Assembly (NCBI GenBank): GCA_964503265.1
Contig: CAZCYO010000002.1
Coordinates: 194,604 to 258,603, forward strand
DNA from: an uncultured Gammaproteobacteria bacterium
GTDB taxonomy: Bacteria; Patescibacteriota; Microgenomatia; Levybacterales; UBA12049
Reading direction: 5' to 3'
Length of the DNA: 64,000 nt
The translations under genes were made by a program, and so were the position numbers. The notes below the pieces were generated by a model. It worked only from the letters and a program-made list of their open reading frames with translations. It did no database searches and was not told the origin of the DNA. Of the stretch, positions 47,524-57,151 are shown piece by piece; positions within the stretch are counted from its first letter, which is position 1, and each line of letters begins with the position of its first letter.

Positions 47524-47871
47524 TTAAGACATAGTCTCTTCAGTCGTCTCAGATGGGAGAGGAAGTGTTCCGGAGACGTATCCCGCGATCGTTTTTTTCC
47601 ACGGTTCGTCTGGCCACCTAAGTTCACTGCCAAGAGTGGCAGCAAACGTTCCCCAGATGTGGGGCCAAGCATCAGGAGAACAGCTTTGTGCTGTGAGTAA
47701 CCGAGCAGCGAGAATTTTCTCAAGCTCAGGATACCTTCCTTTAGGAAGTTCTCCCAAGACTGCTTCGATCACCGGAGCTGGATTGCGAGCCATGCGATGT
47801 CTCCCTATCCTATCCAAACCATAGTTGCCATAGAGCAACCAGCGCTTATTTGCGCGGAGTGTAGTATACAT
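47524..47871 (-). CDS. Hypothetical protein (GC-rich), 115 aa
   Basis: Intact ORF; Trp/Arg-rich; no motif. Confidence 0.4.
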   Translation of the reverse strand: MYTTLRANKRWLLYGNYGLDRIGRHRMARNPAPVIEAVLGELPKGRYPELEKILAARLLTAQSCSPDAWPHIWGTFAATLGSELRWPDEPWKKTIAGYVSGTLPLPSETTEETMS

Positions 47872-48055
47872 CTATTGTATTTCCATGTCAAACTATAGGT
47901 CTCATATAACTATACTATAGTTTTCAGCTCCCTCTTTCGCCATACTTACACGATTATCATCCCAGCATTACACAAATCCTGTTAACTAGTTATCTAAGTT
48001 AATTAATTTTCAATTGGCTTATATCCAAATACTTTCAAGGAAGGGGGTGAAATAA

Positions 48056-48796
48056 ATGACACAACTTAAAACAAGACTATCTACAGCTATCGTAACCGGC
48101 GCAGTAATGCTCAGTGCTTTCGCACCAGCAGCGTTCGCATCAGACATCACTGTCTGGGGTAATGGAGCTGGTTCACAAACTTCAGTAAACATGAATTCAA
48201 ATGAACAACATTCAGTAACGCAGAGTAACACTACTCGTGTTTCGAACAATGTTCAAACGAATACTACAACAGGTGGAAATACTTCTGGTGGAAACACTGG
48301 AGGAAATACTTCTGTTACTTCAGGAAGTGCTAACACTACCGTTGGCATTATCAATGAAGGTAGTAGTAACATGCTTACTATGCCAAACTGTGGCTGCAAT
48401 ACAACATCTGGAACAACTATAAGCGTTTCCGGAAACGGTGCAGGTTCACATACAGCTGTTAGTACAAACATGAATCATGCTATGAACACGTCTCAAATGA
48501 GTAATTCACAAACACAGAATGCTGTGATGACGAATACTACAACAGGAGGAAATGCTTCTTCTGGAAATACTGGCGGTTCAAGTATGCACTGGAATCCTTT
48601 TATGAATAATTCTAATTGGATGACGACCCAGAACTCTGCCATGAATTGGTGGATGACTCACAATGGTTGGACATGGAGTAATGGTATGTGGAACTATTCT
48701 GGTAACACAGGAAACGGTTCATCTACCACTATGAGTGGAAACGCATCAACAATCGTTGGCATCTTTAACGGTGGCAACTCGAATATGATGCACTAA
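48056..48796 (+). CDS. Secreted Thr/Asn/Gly/Ser-rich repeat protein (imperfect internal ~70-aa repeats)
   Basis: Signal peptide MTQLKTRLSTAIVTGAVMLSAFAPAAFA. Repeats …(V/W)GNGAGS(Q/H)T(S/A)V…TNTTTGGN(T/A)S(G/S)GNTGG… occur twice; the repeat-end motif (…TTVGIINEGSSNMLTM, …STIVGIFNGGNSNMMH) occurs once more at the C-terminus. RBS gaagggggtga. Confidence 0.6.
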   Translation: MTQLKTRLSTAIVTGAVMLSAFAPAAFASDITVWGNGAGSQTSVNMNSNEQHSVTQSNTTRVSNNVQTNTTTGGNTSGGNTGGNTSVTSGSANTTVGIINEGSSNMLTMPNCGCNTTSGTTISVSGNGAGSHTAVSTNMNHAMNTSQMSNSQTQNAVMTNTTTGGNASSGNTGGSSMHWNPFMNNSNWMTTQNSAMNWWMTHNGWTWSNGMWNYSGNTGNGSSTTMSGNASTIVGIFNGGNSNMMH

Positions 48797-49077
48797 TCAT
48801 GTTTCTTCAAATCCTGCCCCTTCATAGGGGTAGGATTATTGAAGATACCCTCCCCTACTACTTTTTTCTTCTTAAGAAAATACCCATACACAAATCTCAA
48901 TCTTCTCTTACTAAATCATCATACTTCCCCGCTAAGATAAATAAATAGTTTGAGGCGCCACATTTCTAAAAAAATGCGGCATCTCGAGGCTTAGACAAGC
49001 CGAGATCCTGGGATCATACAGATCCAGGGCCATACTATTATAGATAACTAATCTAGGAGTGAGGGGGTGAATAATAT

Positions 49078-49686
49078 ATGACACATACAATACTTGGAAT
49101 TTTTGCTGACAGAGCAAATGCTGAAGAAGCGATTAATCATCTTGAAGAAGATGGATACAATCCGAAGAATATCTCAATCGTCATGAAAGATTCAGGCGAG
49201 AGAACAGAACTCGAAAATAATACTGGTGCAAATGTTGCAGGAGGAGCACTATCAGGTGCTACGACAGGCGCAGTTGTGGGAGGGATTGCGGGATTACTCG
49301 CAGGAACTGTTATGCCAGTACTTGGTGGACTTCTTATTGCAGGGCCTATCGGTGCAGCACTCGGATTCACAGGAGCTGCCGCGACAACTGTTTCTGGTGC
49401 CGCAACTGGCGCAGTCGCAGGAGGATTACTCGGAGCGTTGATGGGACTTGGAGTTCCAGAAGAAACAGCCAGAGTATACGAGGATCGAGTTAATGAAGGC
49501 GGAATCTTGATTGCTGTTCCAGCAAATGAAGATAGAGTTGAGGATGTTAAAGATATCTTAGAAGAATTTGATGCCGAAGATGTACAAGTGGTCTCCACAA
49601 AAGAAGAACACAAATCACATTTTACGTCACATAATCATTCAGATGATGTAACAATTCATACTCGTGGACAACATAGAGTAGAATAA
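49078..49686 (+). CDS. General-stress-protein-like protein with Gly-zipper membrane segment (DUF1269/YflT-like)
   Basis: N-terminal …ILGIFADRANAEEAINHLEEDGYNPKNISIV…; central GxxxG-rich hydrophobic stretch; strong intrinsic terminator downstream. Confidence 0.55.
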   Translation: MTHTILGIFADRANAEEAINHLEEDGYNPKNISIVMKDSGERTELENNTGANVAGGALSGATTGAVVGGIAGLLAGTVMPVLGGLLIAGPIGAALGFTGAAATTVSGAATGAVAGGLLGALMGLGVPEETARVYEDRVNEGGILIAVPANEDRVEDVKDILEEFDAEDVQVVSTKEEHKSHFTSHNHSDDVTIHTRGQHRVE

Positions 49687-49713
49687 TATATTTTTTTCTA
49701 CAACAAAAACACG

Positions 49714-49740
49714 AAAGCCCCAGTTGGGGCTTTTTTGTTG
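49714..49740. terminator. Bidirectional intrinsic terminator
   Basis: aaagccccagttggggcttttttgtt; A-tract upstream and T-tract downstream serve both the 49078 gene (+) and the convergent 49867 gene (-). Confidence 0.75.
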
Positions 49741-49866
49741 AGGAGAACTTTCCACGGACAAAGCACCATGAAGGCTTCGAGTATCGAAGCAATCTAGTGC
49801 ATCTGTCCGTCTACGCATGTGTAGCCGTTAACGCATATGATCGCTCCTTTCTCACCGTTATGGTGC

Positions 49867-50691
49867 TTATTGTGCCGACTTGGCTTGAGCGATGAGTTCA
49901 TGAAGCTTTGATTCAGCTTCCATGAAGTCATCAGCATCAATTCCGAAGTCTGGCGAATAGTTCATGGGCAGACCTGCCAGATTTTCATACGCAGGTGTGC
50001 CCTCAGGTGTTAGTACTTCGAGTTTCCACTCCTGGACCATTCGTGAATGAGCAGGCAGCAGAGCGCGCCCGACCCATCCATCATCTTCGACGGTAATCCC
50101 ATCAACCCAGCGTGGCGCTGGCGGCTCGGAATAGTCACGAACGACAGCTCCCTCCAGCGTGATCTTCTTCTCGCTTTCAAGCTTTTCAGCTATATCCCAG
50201 ATCTCCCGCGTAGGAATTCCGAGAATCGCTGCAAGCGATTGCAGATAGAAGTATCCGCCCCAGAATGAAGCCCCGTTTCCATCCTCGATGAACTCTCCAT
50301 CTCGAGCCTTCTTTTTGAGATCATCGACGATCTCACTCACATGCTCGATTAGAGATTCACCATGAACCTGAACATATTCAGCGTGGAGCTCCTGGTAGCG
50401 AAGCTCCTGGACGTGCTTTCGAACCGGACAGTTATCCTTCCCTTGCAGGGTATATCGCTGTCCGTTTTCTACCTTCCAACCGACATTTTCAGTGAAAGTA
50501 CACTCACAGTAGAGTGCATGTCCATCGTATGACTGGCCCTCGCGGCCTTGTCCCATGATGTCAAATGTCACAGTCCCTGAGAACTTCATCCAGGCCACTT
50601 CGTGACCGTCGATCACGAATGAACGGATGATTTCATACGTCGGATTCGTGCCGTTTGCCTCGTAGTAACGAGCCATGTGCGAATCGATCAT
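49867..50691 (-). CDS. Hypothetical protein (GC-rich), 274 aa
   Basis: Intact ORF; no motif. Confidence 0.45.
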   Translation of the reverse strand: MIDSHMARYYEANGTNPTYEIIRSFVIDGHEVAWMKFSGTVTFDIMGQGREGQSYDGHALYCECTFTENVGWKVENGQRYTLQGKDNCPVRKHVQELRYQELHAEYVQVHGESLIEHVSEIVDDLKKKARDGEFIEDGNGASFWGGYFYLQSLAAILGIPTREIWDIAEKLESEKKITLEGAVVRDYSEPPAPRWVDGITVEDDGWVGRALLPAHSRMVQEWKLEVLTPEGTPAYENLAGLPMNYSPDFGIDADDFMEAESKLHELIAQAKSAQ

Positions 50692-50904
50692 GACGTCCTC
50701 TCTTTCGTACTAACTCACCTGTCAAAGAACTCCACTTCGCTAAAGCTTCGCGGAGCAAGCCCAGCGAGCCTATCGAAACGGTGTATTGATCTCGCCCTCC
50801 TTAGCGTTATGCGAAAGAGAGAAAGAACAAATTCATCATACTGTGGTTCAGGCTTTCACGCTTGATCTAAAAATGATATAATAATGACGTAATTAGCTTT
50901 ATTT

Positions 50905-52029
50905 ATGAAATATAATTTTAAAGAGAAAGAATTATCTGCAGACTTTAGCGTAAATTTGACATCAGAAGTCACCCGTCAGCTTACTCCTGCTGGTCTTTTT
51001 ACGCTTTCTGGAATGTCAGGTGTGGGTATTTCTTTTTTCATTCGCTTTTTAGTAAGTCAAAAATTAGATAAAAGTATTTATATCGATATTCTGTCTTTAT
51101 CTACTCCTACCAAAGCAGCTGTTTATGAAGCGCTTCTGAAAGAACTCGGAGGAAATGTAGCAGGTAACACAGATGTTCTCGAAGCATGTAAAAAACGACT
51201 AGAAATAGTTCTTAAAGAAGAAAACCACATAACAATTATCTTTAATCGCTTTGATGAACTAGGAAAAGAAATTGATAAGCAGTTTTTAGGTAGTCTTCGA
51301 ACGCTTAGACACGGGGCGGCAGATAAAGTCTCGATGATTTTCGTGACACACTCGTCGATGGTAAAACTTTTTCCAGAAGCAGTTGCAAATGCAAATCTCG
51401 ATTTATTTTCAAATATTGTCTGGTTCTCCCCTTTTTCTAAAGATGATTTACTCGCCCTCATAACACTTCATTCACCTGAACTTGTCACTGATCCGGAGGT
51501 TTTTACGTCAGCATACATAGCATCGGGTGGACATTACCAATTATGTAAATTGTTCTTAAAATCTTCATATAAAACTTCCCCACTTCAGGACCCAACAATT
51601 CTCTATTCCCTCCAATCTCTCTACGAAGGCTTTAGCTATTCTCAGAAAAAACAGTTACAACGAATTGTGCAAAAAAAAGGTATTAAAAACATCGATCCTG
51701 ATCTTCTTAATCTAAAAGCCGTTATCTTTACAAATGATTCATACACACTCTTCTCCCCTCTTCTTGAAGAGTATATTAAAAAATTCTCACGGCTTAAATT
51801 ACCTGTTAAAGAAGCGATAATATTTAAACTGTTAAAACAAGCCAGAGGAAAAGTCGTTTCGAAAGAAGAACTCTTTAGATCTCTCTGGTCAGAAGATGCA
51901 GAAGAATTTGGTTCTGACTGGGCGCTTAATTCACTTATCTATCGCCTCAGAAAAAACCCGACCTTTATCTCACAGGGATATGTGATCGAAAATTATAAAA
52001 AAGTAGGGTACACCCTACTTAAAGATTAG
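50905..52029 (+). CDS. Regulator-like protein: N-terminal degenerate P-loop NTPase-like domain + C-terminal OmpR/PhoB-type winged-helix DNA-binding domain
   Basis: SGMSGVGISFF (Walker-A-like but lacking Lys) and IIFNRFDEL (Walker-B-like). C-terminus …VKEAIIFKLLKQARGKVVSKEELFRSLWSED…WALNSLIYRLRKN matches trans_reg_C. Confidence 0.5.
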   Translation: MKYNFKEKELSADFSVNLTSEVTRQLTPAGLFTLSGMSGVGISFFIRFLVSQKLDKSIYIDILSLSTPTKAAVYEALLKELGGNVAGNTDVLEACKKRLEIVLKEENHITIIFNRFDELGKEIDKQFLGSLRTLRHGAADKVSMIFVTHSSMVKLFPEAVANANLDLFSNIVWFSPFSKDDLLALITLHSPELVTDPEVFTSAYIASGGHYQLCKLFLKSSYKTSPLQDPTILYSLQSLYEGFSYSQKKQLQRIVQKKGIKNIDPDLLNLKAVIFTNDSYTLFSPLLEEYIKKFSRLKLPVKEAIIFKLLKQARGKVVSKEELFRSLWSEDAEEFGSDWALNSLIYRLRKNPTFISQGYVIENYKKVGYTLLKD

Positions 52030-52103
52030 TAAGTCCCCTGTTTTTTCCATTGCGATAGTGAATTAGTAATAGAAGTCTGGTTCGAAATAGTCGTAAGTGG
52101 CCC

Positions 52104-52132
52104 CTGCTGTCATTCCCGAAGGATGACAGCAG
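52104..52132. repeat. Family palindrome between convergent genes
   Basis: ctgctgtcattcccgaaggatgacagcag, near-perfect. Confidence 0.85.
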
Positions 52133-52213
52133 GGATGGAATTCAGATAAAGGATATCCTCTGCTAAAAGATGCACGCATCTTTTAGGGTAAGACATGCTT
52201 ATCTTGCTTTCCG

Positions 52214-52480
52214 TTAGGAGACATTGTTTTGCATAATGGCTGAAATCTGCCGCGCCCAGGGAGTATCTACACCCTTAAGTTCATTGGTCAGAATCGCTGC
52301 CATTTTCTGCCAATCCAACGACATGTTCTCAAGTGGCGTATATGGCACATCATCACGAAGACTAATAAGCCGCTGGCGGAGGTTATGGTATCCTTGTTTT
52401 GGAATTTGTTCCAGAACCTGATTAATGACAGCCTGAATATCACGCACGTTGCACCTCCAAAGTCCTAAAAAAGCTACCAA
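52214..52480 (-). CDS. Hypothetical small protein (GC-rich), 88 aa
   Basis: Intact ORF only; weak. Confidence 0.3.
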   Translation of the reverse strand: MVAFLGLWRCNVRDIQAVINQVLEQIPKQGYHNLRQRLISLRDDVPYTPLENMSLDWQKMAAILTNELKGVDTPWARQISAIMQNNVS

Positions 52481-52559
52481 ATAGTAGCTTTACGCAGTAG
52501 CGCGCTCAAATTTTACTATAAAAATAATTATTAGTCAAACTATGGGATATCATCTTTGT

Positions 52560-53600
52560 CTATTTGAGGTATTTTTTATAAAATTCCACAGTTCGCTCCA
52601 TCGCAGTGCCGAAACTCGGATCAGTGATATTGTGTCCACCTGTCGAGTATTCATAATATTCGTGAGGAATCGAAGTTTTATCCAGGAGCGCCACGAGATC
52701 TCGACTATAGCCGATATTCACCACATCATCATCCTGTGCATGATGAATTTCTATCGCTCCTTTGATATCTGATAAATAGTTAGTCGGTGCGACCTGTGAC
52801 CAGAACGGACTACTCGCACTTGGGCTGCCTACTTTTTCAAGTAATTGCCGTCTCAGGTTTGTTCGCTGTGTTACCTCAACTGGTGGACGATAACTCGTAT
52901 CATTAAGTCCATATTTGAGTTGATCTTCATACGAATACACTGCACCCGCCCAGATGACAATAGCAGGAATTGTTTGTTTAATCACAGCTGAGCGAAGTAA
53001 TGTATTTCCAGCCATCGAGTGTCCCCACATTCCCACTGCATCTTTATTGACGAAGTCAGCTGACTGCATCGCAGCATAGGCATTAAGCGTATCGACTACA
53101 TAATCAGATCCGTAGTAGCCCCCACCTGCTTTTCCTTCTGATTTTCCATGACCTCGCAGATCAATTTTAAATACCACAAATCCATTTCTTGCGAGTGAGT
53201 CCACATACGCGATATATTTTTCAGTTGTTACATACTGTGTCGGTGGAATATATCCATGAACGAAAATAACTGCCGGCCAGCCCCCGTTAGGCTTCTCTCC
53301 GGTAGGTTTTGTTACCAGCGCATTAATGTTTAATCCATCTGACTGATAGCTCGTTAGATACGAGGTGTAACTCCCGTTATCTGAAATTTGTTCAAGTGCT
53401 CCTAATTTGCTTGTATAACTACGCGAACGAAGATATGGGATTGTCATGTGCTGATATATTTCCGGGAATGCAGAAAGTAACAATTGAGATGTAGCATTCA
53501 TAGTAGTACGTGCTTTCTTAGAAATACCAAAGTAACTCAGTACAACTACAAATAGAACAAGTAACACGGAGATTATACCGATAAGTAGTATTCGAGACAT
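52560..53600 (-). CDS. Alpha/beta-hydrolase (dienelactone hydrolase / S9-like), signal-anchored
   Basis: N-terminal TM; …VIFVHGY…, nucleophile elbow GHSMAG, C-terminal …GGHN… His. Confidence 0.7.
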   Translation of the reverse strand: MSRILLIGIISVLLVLFVVVLSYFGISKKARTTMNATSQLLLSAFPEIYQHMTIPYLRSRSYTSKLGALEQISDNGSYTSYLTSYQSDGLNINALVTKPTGEKPNGGWPAVIFVHGYIPPTQYVTTEKYIAYVDSLARNGFVVFKIDLRGHGKSEGKAGGGYYGSDYVVDTLNAYAAMQSADFVNKDAVGMWGHSMAGNTLLRSAVIKQTIPAIVIWAGAVYSYEDQLKYGLNDTSYRPPVEVTQRTNLRRQLLEKVGSPSASSPFWSQVAPTNYLSDIKGAIEIHHAQDDDVVNIGYSRDLVALLDKTSIPHEYYEYSTGGHNITDPSFGTAMERTVEFYKKYLK

Positions 53601-53704
53601 ATCGAAGAGAAGGTATACTATAACACATCGTAATGAAAATGAGAAAACTATCCACTACCCCTTCCTTCCCCGTAATAGGGGAAGGAAGGTCTAACAAACA
53701 ATGC

Positions 53705-55285
53705 TTAGTGAACAAAAACAACACCGTTCACTACGTTAAAAGGGCCATCAGCCGGCGAAGTCATCGCACTTACTCCAGCCTCTGCTAGAGTTTTCGTGGT
53801 AAAGCTTCCCCAAATCTGATCCGGACTACCATCTTTTACTTTCGCAAAAAGCCACTGGCCAACCCATGATGGATTGCTTGCCTGTGCAACTTTTCCAGCG
53901 AAGTACGCATACTGTCCCGAGACGCTAACACTCGAAATTAAGAGCCGATACCACGAACCATTTGCGTCTTTATACGTAAATGCTCCGTTCTGATCAGCAG
54001 TATTCGCGACGAACTGTGCAGTTCGAGTTAATCCATTAGCCGAGTACGTAGCGTTTCCTAAAATTGAGTGTGAATTCGCTCGCACGTATGCGACACACTG
54101 ACCTTGGTTTGGAAATGTAGGAGAATTAAACGTACTCCATCCTCCATTTTTACACTGATCCACAGTCGTCGGTGGACCGATAACTGGAACTACCGTAATG
54201 TGATACGGATTTTCTACACCGTTAGTCCATGCTGAGGTAACTAACGCTCCGTCTCGTGCACGAACCCTGAGATAGTACTCTCCTGGAGGTGTTCCAGCTG
54301 TTGGAATTTCAGACACTGTTAACCACCCACTCGAATAAATATTCGACGTATATAACGCATCAGAAAATGCTTCGTACTGATATTCATACGGTGGATTTGT
54401 ACTTCCAGATGAGTCTGTCCAATCAACTTTCACCAGTGCACTACTTAAAACACTTACCCCATTTGTGGGAATTGTTATTACTGGAGTTGAGGGAGCGACA
54501 TTTGGTTCGAAATCAAATGTCTTAGTACCAGATGCTGTACCTAGTTTAAACGCATCAATATTTTCTGTATAACCATCAGCATAGGGTTCACCTACACGAA
54601 TCCCCATCCATGAATCTGTTACTCGAACTCGAATTCCTGGAAACGCTGTTAGTAGTGAACTCCATGTTCGGTATTCACTAGTATTATTATCTGGCCATTT
54701 ATTACCATTGCTAGCATATCCTGACCATGTCCATAATCCGTTTCCTCCATTGACCCCGTCCCATTCTTTCCACGTATTTTGTGGAATAGTTCCGACAGTA
54801 TTTGCTGCAGGAACATATACTAATCTCTTTTGCCAACTATCTACTGGGTAATACGCAACATTATTAAAGTCGACATTAAAATTTAAGTATCCTGAACGAT
54901 TCGCACTTGCGGCTGCTCCATTTCCACTCGATGGATTATAGGTACTAAACGTAAGCGTTGTAATATTCGCAAGTGGTGTTCCACTAAATTGGTATGTTGC
55001 AAGATTGCGGCGCTGTGACCCAGTGACACTAATCTGTGCACTCCCAGTTCCAAGCGGTGCGACCACTGGTCCATTCACAAATGAACCAAGCGCATTATCG
55101 ATAACATCAGTTTCATCGTTATAGAAAAACCATTTTTCAGGATGAGCGATAACATCTGAAATATTTGTTGCAAGACTAGGCGCTGTCACGACAGTAGTCG
55201 TATTTACTGCAAAAGCAGGCAAAACTGTTGCAAAAAGAAGTGAAAGTGTGGCAAGAAAAGAAATTGCTAATTTTCTTATATTCAT
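53705..55285 (-). CDS. Large secreted protein of unknown function (526 aa)
   Basis: Signal peptide MNIRKLAISFLATLSLLFATVLPAFA; Thr/Asn/Gly-rich, probably beta-rich. Confidence 0.5.
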   Translation of the reverse strand: MNIRKLAISFLATLSLLFATVLPAFAVNTTTVVTAPSLATNISDVIAHPEKWFFYNDETDVIDNALGSFVNGPVVAPLGTGSAQISVTGSQRRNLATYQFSGTPLANITTLTFSTYNPSSGNGAAASANRSGYLNFNVDFNNVAYYPVDSWQKRLVYVPAANTVGTIPQNTWKEWDGVNGGNGLWTWSGYASNGNKWPDNNTSEYRTWSSLLTAFPGIRVRVTDSWMGIRVGEPYADGYTENIDAFKLGTASGTKTFDFEPNVAPSTPVITIPTNGVSVLSSALVKVDWTDSSGSTNPPYEYQYEAFSDALYTSNIYSSGWLTVSEIPTAGTPPGEYYLRVRARDGALVTSAWTNGVENPYHITVVPVIGPPTTVDQCKNGGWSTFNSPTFPNQGQCVAYVRANSHSILGNATYSANGLTRTAQFVANTADQNGAFTYKDANGSWYRLLISSVSVSGQYAYFAGKVAQASNPSWVGQWLFAKVKDGSPDQIWGSFTTKTLAEAGVSAMTSPADGPFNVVNGVVFVH

Positions 55286-55435
55286 AATAATTCACCTCCT
55301 CTCTCCCTGATTATTTCTTATATATAGATTAGTTATCTACAATTGAATATGATTGTGCAAGGCAAATTTTAAGCATGAGTATATTCTTAGATAAGAATAT
55401 CGTATATCTTCTAGTAAATGTGTGCAAGTAAGAAA

Positions 55436-55678
55436 TTATACCAATCCGGGGAAAAAATCGGTGACGATATGAGGTGGTTTGACTCCCATTTGTTTGAGCG
55501 TTGACTCATATGAATGTACCATTCCGTGCGGTCCTGAGAGATAAAAAATTCGTTCTTTCCAATCTGGCACCTCTGTTTGAATTAATCCTGAATCTAATCT
55601 TCCAACTCGCCCAGTCCACTGATCGTACTGTCTCTCTGTATCGGTAATCGTGTAGATAGTTTTTATCCCTAATCGCAT
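55436..55678 (-). pseudogene. Remnant of an FNR-like oxidoreductase (C-terminal NAD(P)-binding end only)
   Basis: 80-aa ORF ending …RIFYLSGPHGMVHSYESTLKQMGVKPPHIVTDFFPGLV matches the conserved C-terminus of ferredoxin-NADP-reductase-type NAD-binding domains. No FAD-binding N-terminal part upstream. Confidence 0.4.
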
Positions 55679-55811
55679 TTCTGCTTCATCAAAAATATCT
55701 TTATATACTATGTCCTGTGGATATTTATTCGCAAAGAAATGTACGATATCTCTTTTTTCATCTATGTATGATACTGCACATTTCTAATTCTAGCTTAACT
55801 TTAGTTGTACA

Positions 55812-56411
55812 TTACTGTGCTGAAGATGAAGCAGAAGGAGTACTTGTCACAGCTGATCCCTTATAGGTAAAATTTCGTGTTAACGATTTACTATCACTCG
55901 ATACGGTACTTGTGACACGCAGTTGAAATGACACGTTTCCACTTGGCAGATTATAGAGACACGGTGCATTCGTATTATATTCTGACCATGATCCCCCATT
56001 TATTCGATACGACCAGACGACAGAACAGTAATTCTCATCTGGATAACTGATCGTAAAACAGACTGGATTATCGCTAATCGTTTCCCCTTCAGCTGGTGAA
56101 CTAATACTAATTGGGCCTACGGTTTTTTTACAAACATTTGAGTTCGTTGGCTGCACGATGATATTCGGAGCAGTAGTGGTCTTTTCGGGAACTACTATGA
56201 CTTGTGGTGTAGGTGTAGCAGTATTTGTAGACGGTTTTTTAGCGATATTACTAAAGTTAACGATTAATCCCATGATAAGTAGCGGAATCGATAAAATCCC
56301 TGCCACATAATCCAAATGCATCTTCTGTGGTCTAAGTTTTTTAATCTTCCGAACCAGCCTCAAATTCTTTTCTTTCAAATCTTCAATCGCACTCATATCT
56401 TTATTGTACAA
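55812..56411 (-). CDS. Membrane-anchored Thr/Pro-rich surface protein
   Basis: TM helix then T/P-rich linker and Cys-containing beta-rich C-terminal domain. Confidence 0.45.
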   Translation of the reverse strand: MYNKDMSAIEDLKEKNLRLVRKIKKLRPQKMHLDYVAGILSIPLLIMGLIVNFSNIAKKPSTNTATPTPQVIVVPEKTTTAPNIIVQPTNSNVCKKTVGPISISSPAEGETISDNPVCFTISYPDENYCSVVWSYRINGGSWSEYNTNAPCLYNLPSGNVSFQLRVTSTVSSDSKSLTRNFTYKGSAVTSTPSASSSAQ

Positions 56412-56697
56412 AAATTCCCCTCATCAGTCCAGGAACCATTACAGCTAAGTCGTCCGTGTGAACTTTGCGTTAAAAAAAATTATCGGAATGAGCGTTAAAA
56501 AACTGTAAGGCGAAGCCCTATATAACTAAAGCTGAGTCCGGAGTTTTAGCCCCGATTTAATCGGGGTTAGCGAATGGAGAAGGATTTTTAGTATTGTGGA
56601 ACTTTAGGACGAGACCCGCCTTCATCGCTATGCGAAGCATTGCGGGCAGGGTTTTGGTACTTTTTCGGCAAAAAGTACGATAAAAAATAAAAGATTG

Positions 56698-57099
56698 CTA
56701 TTTCACTACCGCCGTACAAAACTTGCATCTCTTAGCCTTAAGAGGGATGAGGCTTAAACATTCAGGACACGTTTTATCTGTAGGATCAACTTTTTCTTTT
56801 CTTTTAATTCGATCTGTCAGTTTATTCATCGGAAGAACGATAAAGAAGTAAATAACCCCAGCGATGATAAGAAATGAAATTAACGCGTTAAGAAAGTCCC
56901 CGACTAAAAATTTACTTTTATTAATCGTAAAATAAATTCCTGAAAAGTTAGGTTCTCCCCCAAATGCTCCGATAAATGGCGTAATCACATCTTTAACCAA
57001 CGCATCTACGATCTTTCCAAATGCCCCACCGATCACGACCGCGACAGCCAAATCAACGACATTCCCACGAAGTATAAAATCTCTAAATCCTTTTAACAT
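56698..57099 (-). CDS. mscL: Large-conductance mechanosensitive channel
   Basis: MLKGFRDFILRGNVVDLAVAVVIGGAFGKIV… canonical MscL N-terminus. Confidence 0.9.
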   Translation of the reverse strand: MLKGFRDFILRGNVVDLAVAVVIGGAFGKIVDALVKDVITPFIGAFGGEPNFSGIYFTINKSKFLVGDFLNALISFLIIAGVIYFFIVLPMNKLTDRIKRKEKVDPTDKTCPECLSLIPLKAKRCKFCTAVVK

Positions 57100-57106
57100 A
57101 AAATAC

Positions 57107-57130
57107 TGTCATTCCCGACCTGATCGGGAA
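57107..57130. repeat. Family palindrome between photolyase stop and mscL start
   Basis: tgtcattcccgacctgatcgggaat. Confidence 0.75.
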
Positions 57131-57151
57131 TCCATATAGTAATTTCTATTA

